Virus record (IMG/VR): IMGVR_UViG_3300030330_001955
Coordinates: 38,911-102,910 of that record
Strand: one strand, 5' to 3'
Origin: a virus
Taxonomy: Duplodnaviria > Caudoviricetes
DNA: 64,000 nucleotides
The notes beneath the pieces were generated by a model. That model ran no database searches. It had not been told where the DNA came from and saw only the letters and a list, made by a program, of their open reading frames with translations. The translations under genes and the position numbers were made by a program. Positions 47,779-56,220 of this stretch are shown here, in pieces (the first letter of the stretch is position 1; the number at the start of each line of letters is the position of its first letter).

Positions 47779-48363
47779 TTAAAGTTCTTTATATAATTTA
47801 TAGTATGCGTCTGACCAAGTTATCTTGTCTTTTGGACAGTCATGCCACGCGGGCCCATACTCTAGTGGAGCTGATAGAGTAAATAAATATCTATCAGTTC
47901 CGAAATTGAAAACACCGTGTTTTTGGTGGGTGTTTACTAAATAAAAATGTCCATACTCATATTTTAATTCAATAGCCCTACTTTGGTTTCTGTAATATTG
48001 TTCTCCTATGAAAACAGTATGGCAGTTTTCATTTTTACCAAGTAGTAAATTGATTGCTGCTGGTCTATTATTCAAATCCATATGGAAATGATAGTGAGAG
48101 TGTGGGTAGCTTTTCATAATAATAGCTTCTTTCCAACCACGCTCTACTAAATGAGCTATAAAAGGGTCTTTTAACATAAGACTTGGTGCAGGTTTGTGCA
48201 TAAAAGATGAGCCTGATAATTGAGACCAGCTCTCTTGCTCATCACACCACGCACGTAATTCTTCTAAAATTGTACTTTTACCTAGCTTTTTATAGCAATC
48301 GGTTGTTTTTAACATTTTACCATATGTTTGATTTGACGCGAGGTTCTTCTTTGCGGGTTTCAT
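47779..48363 (-). CDS. 2OG-Fe(II) oxygenase-like protein
   Basis: FHMD...AIN...NT.QKHGV.N...RY; start may be 48315. Confidence 0.65.
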   Translation of the reverse strand: MKPAKKNLASNQTYGKMLKTTDCYKKLGKSTILEELRAWCDEQESWSQLSGSSFMHKPAPSLMLKDPFIAHLVERGWKEAIIMKSYPHSHYHFHMDLNNRPAAINLLLGKNENCHTVFIGEQYYRNQSRAIELKYEYGHFYLVNTHQKHGVFNFGTDRYLFTLSAPLEYGPAWHDCPKDKITWSDAYYKLYKEL

Positions 48364-48931
48364 ACCACTCGCCCCAAACTTGACGCTTATCTAAGTCGTC
48401 TAATAAAGTACCTTCTGGAACATACATCAGATGTACTTGTAATGTATTATGTTTCATAGGCAGTCTCCCTTGAAATAGTTCAGCGGCTCTGTATATTAGT
48501 GCGTCACCATATTCTAAACTAACTAACTCATCAGGGTCTAAATTACCTGTTTCATACTTTTTAGTTAATCCTAGTTGGCACTTTTCTTCTTGAAGATGTA
48601 TTAGAGCGCAGTATTCACACTCCCATCTCCATTTTTGCCAACCAAACTCATATCCTGCTATATATTCTACTATTTCACCATATGAAAGATGTACTCCTGT
48701 ACCAACGATTCGTGATATACGTTGGCTAGAACTGCGACCTAATGCTTCAATCATAGGGTCTCCCTGACTTACTATCTTTCTACCGTTTTGTGAGCCTCGT
48801 TTTATAACTCTTTGTTTACCATTGTCTACTTTACTGCGTCCCCGTCTTGCAAGTTCAGACTTCCAATATACCTTTATAAAGTCTGCTACTTCTCTACTCA
48901 GAAACTTTTTTATCTTTATGCTGTGTTTCAT
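48317..48931 (-). CDS. Degenerate 2OG-Fe(II) oxygenase-like protein
   Basis: Scaffold SYG...Y..G...R.ECEY...L.YGDALIYR...R.P...QVHL.YV retained but metal-binding His absent; probable start 48931. Confidence 0.5.
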   Translation of the reverse strand: MKHSIKIKKFLSREVADFIKVYWKSELARRGRSKVDNGKQRVIKRGSQNGRKIVSQGDPMIEALGRSSSQRISRIVGTGVHLSYGEIVEYIAGYEFGWQKWRWECEYCALIHLQEEKCQLGLTKKYETGNLDPDELVSLEYGDALIYRAAELFQGRLPMKHNTLQVHLMYVPEGTLLDDLDKRQVWGEWYETRKEEPRVKSNIW

Positions 48932-49724
48932 TCTGTTTTTCCCAAGCTTGTTGTACAGCGTCCATTTTATTTTCATGACGCCAAAACTTTGAGTAATATT
49001 CTACTCCCATAGCGTATCTCATAACTGCATCTTGTGCATTCTTTCTGGCTGCTTCAAATTCTAAGCACTTATAACAAGCGCCGCATGGAACATAACCAGT
49101 TATTTCATCTTTGCTCTTTAAAACTCCTTTTGGCTTAGGACAAGTCCATATAAGTTCCACTAGATTAGGGTCTCTAGTCATCATCATTGCTAACATTTCT
49201 GATTTTGTTAGGAACTCGCCTGGACTTATTAGTTGTGGAGTTTGTCCTAATACTTCATACGAAATATTACTAGCGTCTAACGCATCTGACTCAATACATG
49301 CCATAATTTTTCGATATTCTCTAAACATTATGCGCATACGTAAATCATCTTCTGAGTTTGCTCCACTCATAATCCACTTAAGCTGCATACCATGTGGTTT
49401 ACCTAATGCCACGGTCATAAATGATGCTATTCCTGTTACAATGATAGGTATTTCTGTTGTATACCCTATCTCAGATAGTCTACTACTATCCCACACCAAT
49501 GTATAACCATAATATTCTGCTTGTTTCTTTGCATAAAAAAGCGAAGCATCTGCAAATAACCCATAGCGAGGGTCATACCAATGCACCACCGCTGGAAAGT
49601 GGTCTTTGTGATAGTGAGAGTAAGATAACGCCCACGCACTTTCACACCCACCGCTTACTGGTACATAAGTATTTGTCCTTCTATCTAGTTTTTCAACTGC
49701 TTCATAAACTTGTGTCTTGTCCAA
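48894..49724 (-). CDS. QueC-like PP-loop ATPase
   Basis: VSGGCES PP-loop, LTK.E, WTC...CGACYKC zinc motif. Confidence 0.7.
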   Translation of the reverse strand: MDKTQVYEAVEKLDRRTNTYVPVSGGCESAWALSYSHYHKDHFPAVVHWYDPRYGLFADASLFYAKKQAEYYGYTLVWDSSRLSEIGYTTEIPIIVTGIASFMTVALGKPHGMQLKWIMSGANSEDDLRMRIMFREYRKIMACIESDALDASNISYEVLGQTPQLISPGEFLTKSEMLAMMMTRDPNLVELIWTCPKPKGVLKSKDEITGYVPCGACYKCLEFEAARKNAQDAVMRYAMGVEYYSKFWRHENKMDAVQQAWEKQNETQHKDKKVSE

Positions 49725-49902
49725 AGTTTTTTACCCCTAATACATAATTCTCTGCGGCTGATTCAGCATATGCTTCGCTGTGTCCCGCATACATTTCGGT
49801 TGCTATTAACTTACCATCTGCATAGTAGTTGCAACCCCATTGATTGTCTTTAAGTATTACTTCTGCTTTCTTTCCTGCTTCCCAAAATTCACTCATAATC
49901 AT
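49702..49902 (-). CDS. Hypothetical protein
   Basis: HSE.YAE.AAENYVLG motif seen in small phage proteins; coupled overlaps. Confidence 0.6.
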   Translation of the reverse strand: MIMSEFWEAGKKAEVILKDNQWGCNYYADGKLIATEMYAGHSEAYAESAAENYVLGVKNFGQDTSL

Positions 49903-50126
49903 TAGCTCATCATAAACAACTTAAAGTCGTTGTACCCTCCGATATACCTGCCATCAACCTCTATTTGAGGAAAACTGCGGGCTGCAGGGAATCTGTTTGC
50001 TATGTCTTGCATAGTAAACTCCACTCCAAGTTTTTTATAAGTATACTGTTTACCTTTTTGTTCCGCTAGGTTTTTAGCTAAATCACAAAAGCCACAATCG
50101 TCTTTTCCATAAATAACTATTTCCAT
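49902..50126 (-). CDS. Glutaredoxin
   Basis: CGFC, RSFPQI, IGGY. Confidence 0.92.
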   Translation of the reverse strand: MEIVIYGKDDCGFCDLAKNLAEQKGKQYTYKKLGVEFTMQDIANRFPAARSFPQIEVDGRYIGGYNDFKLFMMS

Positions 50127-50151
50127 TTTTACTCCAAAAAGAACTGCTACC

Positions 50152-50814
50152 TCACTCGGAGGTAGCAGCCATGTCTCTTGACTTCGTCAAGTCTAATAAC
50201 ACATTATTTACTGCTTTATCTTTAATTTTCATCATTGTACCTTCTGGGAGAAACTTGCCATTGACAAGTATCTCACTTATAAAGTAGTCTTGTGGACGGG
50301 CTAAATTTACTAGAAGTAAAGCTGCCTCGTACGGATTTATCAATGCTTCGTTATCATCAACATCTGCAAGGATTTCCGTTTTTGTCCAACCTAATGAAAC
50401 ATTATGGATTCTGCATTTATTTTTACGAGGGTACAGAATAGCGTTTTTTGTGCAATAGTCACGGAGAAACTTCTTCTCATTTTCGTATACTTCTGCACCA
50501 ATCGCGTGGTAAGCAGTACTGGAACCAGTATTGATTACTACCTTTCCCTCTTTATCTTTCCAATGTGTATGTAGGTTAGTCAGAATCTTTGCTTGAACTT
50601 TAGGGAACCAAGCATTGTTAAAAACAATATCGAAGTCCTCCTTCAAAAGATGACTAATTACTTTGTCTCCTTCTCGCTCGGCTAAATTCCAGCCGTTGCT
50701 TCTTGAAAATCCATGAACATCTAGTCCATTGAACATACATATATCATAAATTTCTTTACCCACACCTTTTGTGTGTCCTGTAACGGCTATTTTCTTACCT
50801 TTCAGTTCGTCCAT
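50152..50814 (-). CDS. Short-chain dehydrogenase/reductase-like protein
   Basis: VTGHTKGVG, FNNA, INTGS, YxxxK (YENEK). Confidence 0.85.
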   Translation of the reverse strand: MDELKGKKIAVTGHTKGVGKEIYDICMFNGLDVHGFSRSNGWNLAEREGDKVISHLLKEDFDIVFNNAWFPKVQAKILTNLHTHWKDKEGKVVINTGSSTAYHAIGAEVYENEKKFLRDYCTKNAILYPRKNKCRIHNVSLGWTKTEILADVDDNEALINPYEAALLLVNLARPQDYFISEILVNGKFLPEGTMMKIKDKAVNNVLLDLTKSRDMAATSE

Positions 50815-50824
50815 CGTTTCTTCC

Positions 50825-51058
50825 TTATCTGAATACTAATATCGGTTCCATCGCCACATACATAAACCAAATCATGAAGATAAAACTCCCTAATGTTAGA
50901 ACGTCGTTGCACAGTTGACCACCTTTACAGATTTCGTCTTTCCATGCAACAAACTTGTCTAGTGTATGCGTGATGAAATTATTAGATATATTTACTAAGT
51001 TTTTCATCTGAATAATATGACTCCCATTTACCGAAACTGTAGTCATCTCCGATTTCAA
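50825..51058 (-). CDS. Small membrane protein
   Basis: C-terminal TM helix; start uncertain. Confidence 0.45.
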   Translation of the reverse strand: MKSEMTTVSVNGSHIIQMKNLVNISNNFITHTLDKFVAWKDEICKGGQLCNDVLTLGSFIFMIWFMYVAMEPILVFR

Positions 51059-53261
51059 AATCGCAGCCTACAGGTGAACTCGGTATTGAAACACCTCGAT
51101 CTTTTTGAACGAAGGATTTCAGGTTACTACAATAGATTTCTACTTCATCTTCTGGTACTTCTGCTAGAATGGAGTCATGCACAAGACCAAAGATTTTCGA
51201 TTTCATTCCCTTACTATTGATGTAGTTTTGCATATCTATAGCACCCAATAGATTTATGTCCGATGCTACAGATTGTACAAGAAAGTTAATACCAGACCTT
51301 ACTTCGTGCGACGCAATACCTTTGTCCTTAGACTTGGCATTTGGAAGCCTACGCTTCCTTCCAAAGTGAGAATAAATAAAAGCATTTGCTTTAATAGCAG
51401 CTTCACATTCATTCAACCACTTTCTTAAGTTAGGGAATGATTGGAAGTAATCGCCGATAACTCTCTGTGCCTCTTGCATACTGAACTCTTTACCAGAGTC
51501 CTTCGTAACCTGCCATGAAATTTTCGCTGGTCCAGCACCATACATGATACCGAATGTCACAGCTTTAGCTTGCTGACGTTTGTCAGAATAATACTTGTCA
51601 ACGTCCTCCACTTCACATGGTAGGTTAAAAACTTGCTTTGCGATGGTACTATGGAAGTTGCCTCCACTCTTGAACACCTCTTGCAAGCCGACATCTTTCG
51701 CCAAGACTGCTGCTACATACACTTCAGCAGTAGTCAAGTCCATAGAGATGATTTTGTGTCCTTCTCTTGCTTTGATACAACCTTTTACCGTAGGATTATC
51801 CCTAGGCAACTGTTGCATATTCAACTTTCCACTTGAAGAGAGTCTGCCAGACGTTGTACCGTGCAGGTTAAATCCTGTACGGAGTCTTACATCTCTATCA
51901 AGATTCGGTATAATTTTATCAAGATATGTATTTTTAATTTTTACCTTCTGTCGAATCTCAAGAATATGTTTGGGAACATCATGTTCTTCTGCAAGTTGTC
52001 CGAGGACTTCTGCATCTGTACTATCTGCTCCTGTACCAGTCTTTTTACCCGTTGGGGCAAGACCGATATAATCAAACAATAAAGACCGTAGTTGAACTGT
52101 AGAGTTTGGATTGAATGAATCCCCTCTTGCTTTTTCAAATTGTCGCACCTCAGGAAACTCGTATAGTTTTGCAACTGCATTATCTATATCTTCCTGCATG
52201 ATTTGTTGGGCTATCTCTAGTCTAGTCCTGTCAAAAGGTACTCCGTTGTCTTCAACTTGTGTTAAAAAGTTGCAACCAGCTAATAGTATGTTTTCGTACA
52301 CCCATAAGAGTTTACTATTCTTTTCTATTGCTGCTCGCATTTTTTCATAAAGTAAGAAAGTTACTACTGCGTCCATAGCAGCGTAATTTTGCATTACTTC
52401 AAATGGTATCATATCATAACTAAATGATTGTTTTAAGATACCGTGTTGTTTTCGATATGCTTCACCCCAGTCTTCCAAAGGCTTCTCGTAATCCCCATAG
52501 GGAGTATGTTTCATAGCCAGTTGTTTTAGCCCGTGTGTTCCAGGCTGTTCATCAAACATATAATGCATTAGCATTGTATCTTCAAAGTTTGGAAACTTGA
52601 AGTTAAAGTGATAGCGAAACCATTGCAAATCGAACTTTGCATTGTGAAATACTACTGTTTTCTTATCGAAAAGTTCCTGCATTTTTGCTTCGACTTCTTC
52701 GTCAATTATATCAGCGTCCACATATACACCATGGTCAGGCTCATAAGACATAGAAAATCCAAGCATATAGCCGTCCCTACAATATAACGCACTTGTTTCT
52801 GAGTCAAGAGCGATGTACTGTCTGGGGGCGTCCAAAGCGTGTTGTAAAAAATCCATGCACTTCTCTTTCTCTTGTATACCATAACATCTGTCCTCGTCTA
52901 GTTTCTCTATTTTTAGTTCACCAGACACAAATCCAGAGATACTCTCTACGGCTTCTTCAAAATTCTTTTTTGCTTCAGGTTTGAACTTTATAATCGCAGG
53001 ATTGATAAGTGCTAAATACTTTTCATCAATCACTTTACCATTATACTCTGTTACAGAACTCTTACGAGTAAAGTGTTTGAAAGGCTCTGCGCCAACCAAA
53101 ATAAGCCACTCATAATCATCTGTATTTATCTCTAAATCTACATCTTTCTTTAATATTTTTGTTTTACTAGAATCTGAACAAAGAGCAAATCTCTCAAATT
53201 CAAACTCAAAGTATTTATCAAAATTTGTACTTGTTGGTTTTGTTTCTATTAGTGCTATCAT
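50982..53261 (-). CDS. polA: DNA polymerase family A (T5-like)
   Basis: Exo motifs LDSET, HNAKFD, YAAMD; SGRLSS, DLTTAE, AKAVTFGIMYG (Phe at the 762-equivalent), VHDS. Confidence 0.96.
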   Translation of the reverse strand: MIALIETKPTSTNFDKYFEFEFERFALCSDSSKTKILKKDVDLEINTDDYEWLILVGAEPFKHFTRKSSVTEYNGKVIDEKYLALINPAIIKFKPEAKKNFEEAVESISGFVSGELKIEKLDEDRCYGIQEKEKCMDFLQHALDAPRQYIALDSETSALYCRDGYMLGFSMSYEPDHGVYVDADIIDEEVEAKMQELFDKKTVVFHNAKFDLQWFRYHFNFKFPNFEDTMLMHYMFDEQPGTHGLKQLAMKHTPYGDYEKPLEDWGEAYRKQHGILKQSFSYDMIPFEVMQNYAAMDAVVTFLLYEKMRAAIEKNSKLLWVYENILLAGCNFLTQVEDNGVPFDRTRLEIAQQIMQEDIDNAVAKLYEFPEVRQFEKARGDSFNPNSTVQLRSLLFDYIGLAPTGKKTGTGADSTDAEVLGQLAEEHDVPKHILEIRQKVKIKNTYLDKIIPNLDRDVRLRTGFNLHGTTSGRLSSSGKLNMQQLPRDNPTVKGCIKAREGHKIISMDLTTAEVYVAAVLAKDVGLQEVFKSGGNFHSTIAKQVFNLPCEVEDVDKYYSDKRQQAKAVTFGIMYGAGPAKISWQVTKDSGKEFSMQEAQRVIGDYFQSFPNLRKWLNECEAAIKANAFIYSHFGRKRRLPNAKSKDKGIASHEVRSGINFLVQSVASDINLLGAIDMQNYINSKGMKSKIFGLVHDSILAEVPEDEVEIYCSNLKSFVQKDRGVSIPSSPVGCDFEIGDDYSFGKWESYYSDEKLSKYI

Positions 53262-54103
53262 AATCCGTATAATCGTTTTTTAATTCTGTTTATTTGTTCA
53301 GGACTTAACCCACCTGGGTCTAGTCCATCTTGTAGTTTTACTTTTTGAACTGATAGTTCCATTTTTTCAGCAATGGTTTTTATCTGTTCTGTTGCTTTTT
53401 GACCAGCTTCGTCGCCGTCAAACATAATATCTATTCCTTGCACACCTTGTAGTTTGAGCAAGGAGAGTTTGAACCAATCCATTTGTTGTGTTCCAAAACA
53501 ACAAACAGTATTCTTCAAACCATTGTCCCAAAGATTGAGACAATCAAAAATTCCTTCTACCAATATCACTCTATTCTGTATTGGTTTTACTTTAGATGGT
53601 GTAAATGGCATCTTTACTCCCTGTGGGTAGATATAATACTTTTCTGCCCCAATGCCACCTGTTATCAATCTTCCTAGCAATGCAACTGTTTTGCCTGTCA
53701 AATCACGAATTGGAAAGATAATCCGCCCTTCAAACTTTGGAACATTCCAAGTGAAGGCTTGCCATATCTTTAGAGTTTCCTCAGAGATATTGCGGTACGG
53801 ACCACCTTTCCATTCGATACGGTCTTCTGGGAGTTGAATACCGACAGTTTGGCTTCTTGCCTTTGCTATTTTATCTTTAATTCTGTGTATCTTTACTTCT
53901 AGTGGACTCTCTGGTGCACCGAAGTGTGTAAATAAGTTACCTTTAAACCCACATGCAAAACAATGCATTATACCTGTTACCTTGTCTACTCTTAGGCTAG
54001 GGTTTGTGTCGTCATGCTCAGGATTTAGGCATGATATGATAGCGTCCTGTCCCTTGACAGTAAATGGTATATTTCGCTCTGTTAGTAAATCTATTGCTAT
54101 CAT
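53258..54103 (-). CDS. dnaG: DNA primase
   Basis: CHC2 zinc finger (CLNPEH..CFAC), RIIFPI, TOPRIM LVEGIFD and FDGD.AG. Confidence 0.93.
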   Translation of the reverse strand: MIAIDLLTERNIPFTVKGQDAIISCLNPEHDDTNPSLRVDKVTGIMHCFACGFKGNLFTHFGAPESPLEVKIHRIKDKIAKARSQTVGIQLPEDRIEWKGGPYRNISEETLKIWQAFTWNVPKFEGRIIFPIRDLTGKTVALLGRLITGGIGAEKYYIYPQGVKMPFTPSKVKPIQNRVILVEGIFDCLNLWDNGLKNTVCCFGTQQMDWFKLSLLKLQGVQGIDIMFDGDEAGQKATEQIKTIAEKMELSVQKVKLQDGLDPGGLSPEQINRIKKRLYGL

Positions 54104-54111
54104 TTATATAT

Positions 54112-54140
54112 ATTATATCAAAATTTAAATGCGGTGTCAA
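54112..54140 (-). promoter_or_regulatory. Consensus sigma70 promoter for primase (near-leaderless transcript)
   Basis: TTGACA-17 nt-TATAAT; ATG 8 nt after the -10 box, no SD. Confidence 0.85.
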
Positions 54141-54676
54141 GTTTTATTTTTGTTTTGGATTTCACTATTTACTGTATCTCGTAGGTCTGTTTTATGTTGC
54201 CATTCTAATTCATCGCCTAGTCTTTCAAACTCCCTCATAGATACACCACTAGGGTCAGTCTCGTCTTCATAATATTTGCTTTTCCATACTAGCTCAGCCA
54301 TTTGAAACCATATTGCGACTGCCTTATCTCTGAAGTCTTTGTCACCCCACAGATAAAACAATAGCCACCATTGTTTATCAAATCTACAAACTTTGATTTC
54401 TTGCTCCCCAATAGTCGGGTCAGTTTTTATAAGTTCTGCACAAGCTCTCAGTCTTTGACTACCCGCGATTGGGTACCAGTCTGGCATAACTAACACAGGA
54501 GCTTTCATGCCGTGTTCTTTCAACGAGTCCATCAAAGGCTCGTTGATTGGTACTTTTTCAATGTTTTGTTCTACTGTTTTTTGTGTTAATAGCCAACTAA
54601 TCCTCCTTATGTACCAAGTATGCGGTGGTAGTGGTATAAGTTCAGCAGTTTCTCTACTTACTCTATCATCAGCCAT
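54137..54676 (-). CDS. ParB/Srx-N-like domain protein
   Basis: L..SLKEHGM.APVLV....IAGSQRL.A; probable start MADDRV. Confidence 0.6.
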   Translation of the reverse strand: MADDRVSRETAELIPLPPHTWYIRRISWLLTQKTVEQNIEKVPINEPLMDSLKEHGMKAPVLVMPDWYPIAGSQRLRACAELIKTDPTIGEQEIKVCRFDKQWWLLFYLWGDKDFRDKAVAIWFQMAELVWKSKYYEDETDPSGVSMREFERLGDELEWQHKTDLRDTVNSEIQNKNKT

Positions 54677-54950
54677 TTTTCTGTCTCTCTTCTGCCTTAT
54701 CAAATATTCTATTTATTTCTTCCTCGAGTTGCCACCATAAACTAGCACTATTTGTATTCTTTTGCTGATTTATTAGAAACTCAACTTGTTCATGTTCATC
54801 ATCAGTCATGTCCTCAAAGAAACTTTCAATTTTTTCCTGCGTATCTTCTTTCATAGCTCTCCTGTTATAATCTTTCTTGCTTTTGTGGTAACCAGCTCCC
54901 GATTTATTACGAGAATATTTAGCTACCGGGTTTATCTTTGTAACTTTCAC
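54669..54950 (-). CDS. Hypothetical protein
   Basis: NPVAK...AG.HKSKKDYNR basic motif typical of small phage proteins. Confidence 0.6.
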   Translation of the reverse strand: MKVTKINPVAKYSRNKSGAGYHKSKKDYNRRAMKEDTQEKIESFFEDMTDDEHEQVEFLINQQKNTNSASLWWQLEEEINRIFDKAEERQKNG

Positions 54951-55284
54951 CGCCTACTGTCCTCCTTTGTATGTCATTATGACTAAATTCTGCCCAGTAT
55001 AGTTCAAAAGCCACTCCTGATTCGAGTCCTTCAAACTGATGAATTAGACCAGGCTTTACATAAGTGTAATCTCCTGCTTTTAGTATTGTTTCATCACATA
55101 GGTCGTAATCTTTCTGCCAAACTCTGATAAGCATTTTACCAGACTCAACATAAAATCCATTCCATTTGAACTCGTGTAAGTGTTCAGAACACTTATATCC
55201 TGCTTTGTACTCTATTCTATGGAACTCCAGAACTCCATTTGCATGTATTAGTTCTGTTTGTCCCCATACTTTACCTGCTTTCAT
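54919..55284 (-). CDS. Cupin-domain protein
   Basis: KVWG, CSEHLH..K...F.V.SG, PG..HQF. Confidence 0.85.
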   Translation of the reverse strand: MKAGKVWGQTELIHANGVLEFHRIEYKAGYKCSEHLHEFKWNGFYVESGKMLIRVWQKDYDLCDETILKAGDYTYVKPGLIHQFEGLESGVAFELYWAEFSHNDIQRRTVGGESYKDKPGS

Positions 55285-55516
55285 ATTGTCTCCTCATCTT
55301 TCCTTCTCTTACTATTCTTTTCTCATTTGCTACATTTAGGTCAATAATTCCTTCTGCTTGTAAGAGATTTATTAGTGCCTGTACATCACCAACTTCTTCA
55401 GATAAACACTTTATTTCTTCTTTACCTCCGTTATGTCGGTATACTTTAGAACAGGCTTGTATAAACTCTCCTGCTTCTTCCATTGCAACGATTAGTAAGT
55501 GTGTTTGATAGTCCAT
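55271..55516 (-). CDS. MazG-like NTP pyrophosphohydrolase
   Basis: EEAGE and EEVGD motifs. Confidence 0.8.
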   Translation of the reverse strand: MDYQTHLLIVAMEEAGEFIQACSKVYRHNGGKEEIKCLSEEVGDVQALINLLQAEGIIDLNVANEKRIVREGKMRRQYESR

Positions 55517-56220
55517 TATATTCTCCTATAATATATACTGGGGTCAGCTGTAATAATATTAAAGAAATGCATTAGTACTAACTGATATATTCCTATTATA
55601 TTATCTACTTCATAAATAAAATCGTTTGGTGTTCCCATTGTGTAGGTCTTTCCTTCACTTAAAACTCCAAACCCTCTGACTTTTGAGACTTTCTCCCACT
55701 CCTCCCTACGTTTATCTGTATCCATTCTTTGACGGTTACCTGGGTACAACTCGTCGCGTAACGCGAAGTCATACTGGTCGCTGGCGTTCGGTGCCGTGCG
55801 GTGGCTACTAATCCAATTTAATATACGGTTGCCATTTGCATCTCGTATTATTGGCTTTATATTATCTAATATACCTTGATATTCATTTCTATCTTTTATA
55901 GACTTGTCTAATACCCACGCAACTAAGCGTAAATCAGGCATTGCAGCTTTTAGGTATAATCTGTTCACTCCTGGGTGAACGCAAAATTCGTCTTTTTCTT
56001 TATCTGCCCATAGTTGTATCGGGTCAATAAAACCCTCTTTTAATACTGAATCTACAAATACATAACAGCGTAAATACATTCTATTCTTTTGTCTTTCTAG
56101 CCACATTCTTACGAACTCTTTGGAGCAAAATACTGACTCCCTAAAAGGCAAAAGAATAGCATCATCTACATCACAAGCGAATAGGGTATATCTACCTCCA
56201 CAATAATGTTTATAAATCAT
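55516..56220 (-). CDS. Hypothetical protein with ParB-like segment
   Basis: SVLKEGFIDPIQL...VHPGVNRL. Confidence 0.45.
   Translation of the reverse strand: MIYKHYCGGRYTLFACDVDDAILLPFRESVFCSKEFVRMWLERQKNRMYLRCYVFVDSVLKEGFIDPIQLWADKEKDEFCVHPGVNRLYLKAAMPDLRLVAWVLDKSIKDRNEYQGILDNIKPIIRDANGNRILNWISSHRTAPNASDQYDFALRDELYPGNRQRMDTDKRREEWEKVSKVRGFGVLSEGKTYTMGTPNDFIYEVDNIIGIYQLVLMHFFNIITADPSIYYRRI

Noticed and set aside
43894-49724. Complete 7-deazaguanine DNA modification system
   Set aside because: Only a QueC-like gene; no FolE, QueD or DpdA, and the radical SAM carries a SPASM domain unlike QueE.
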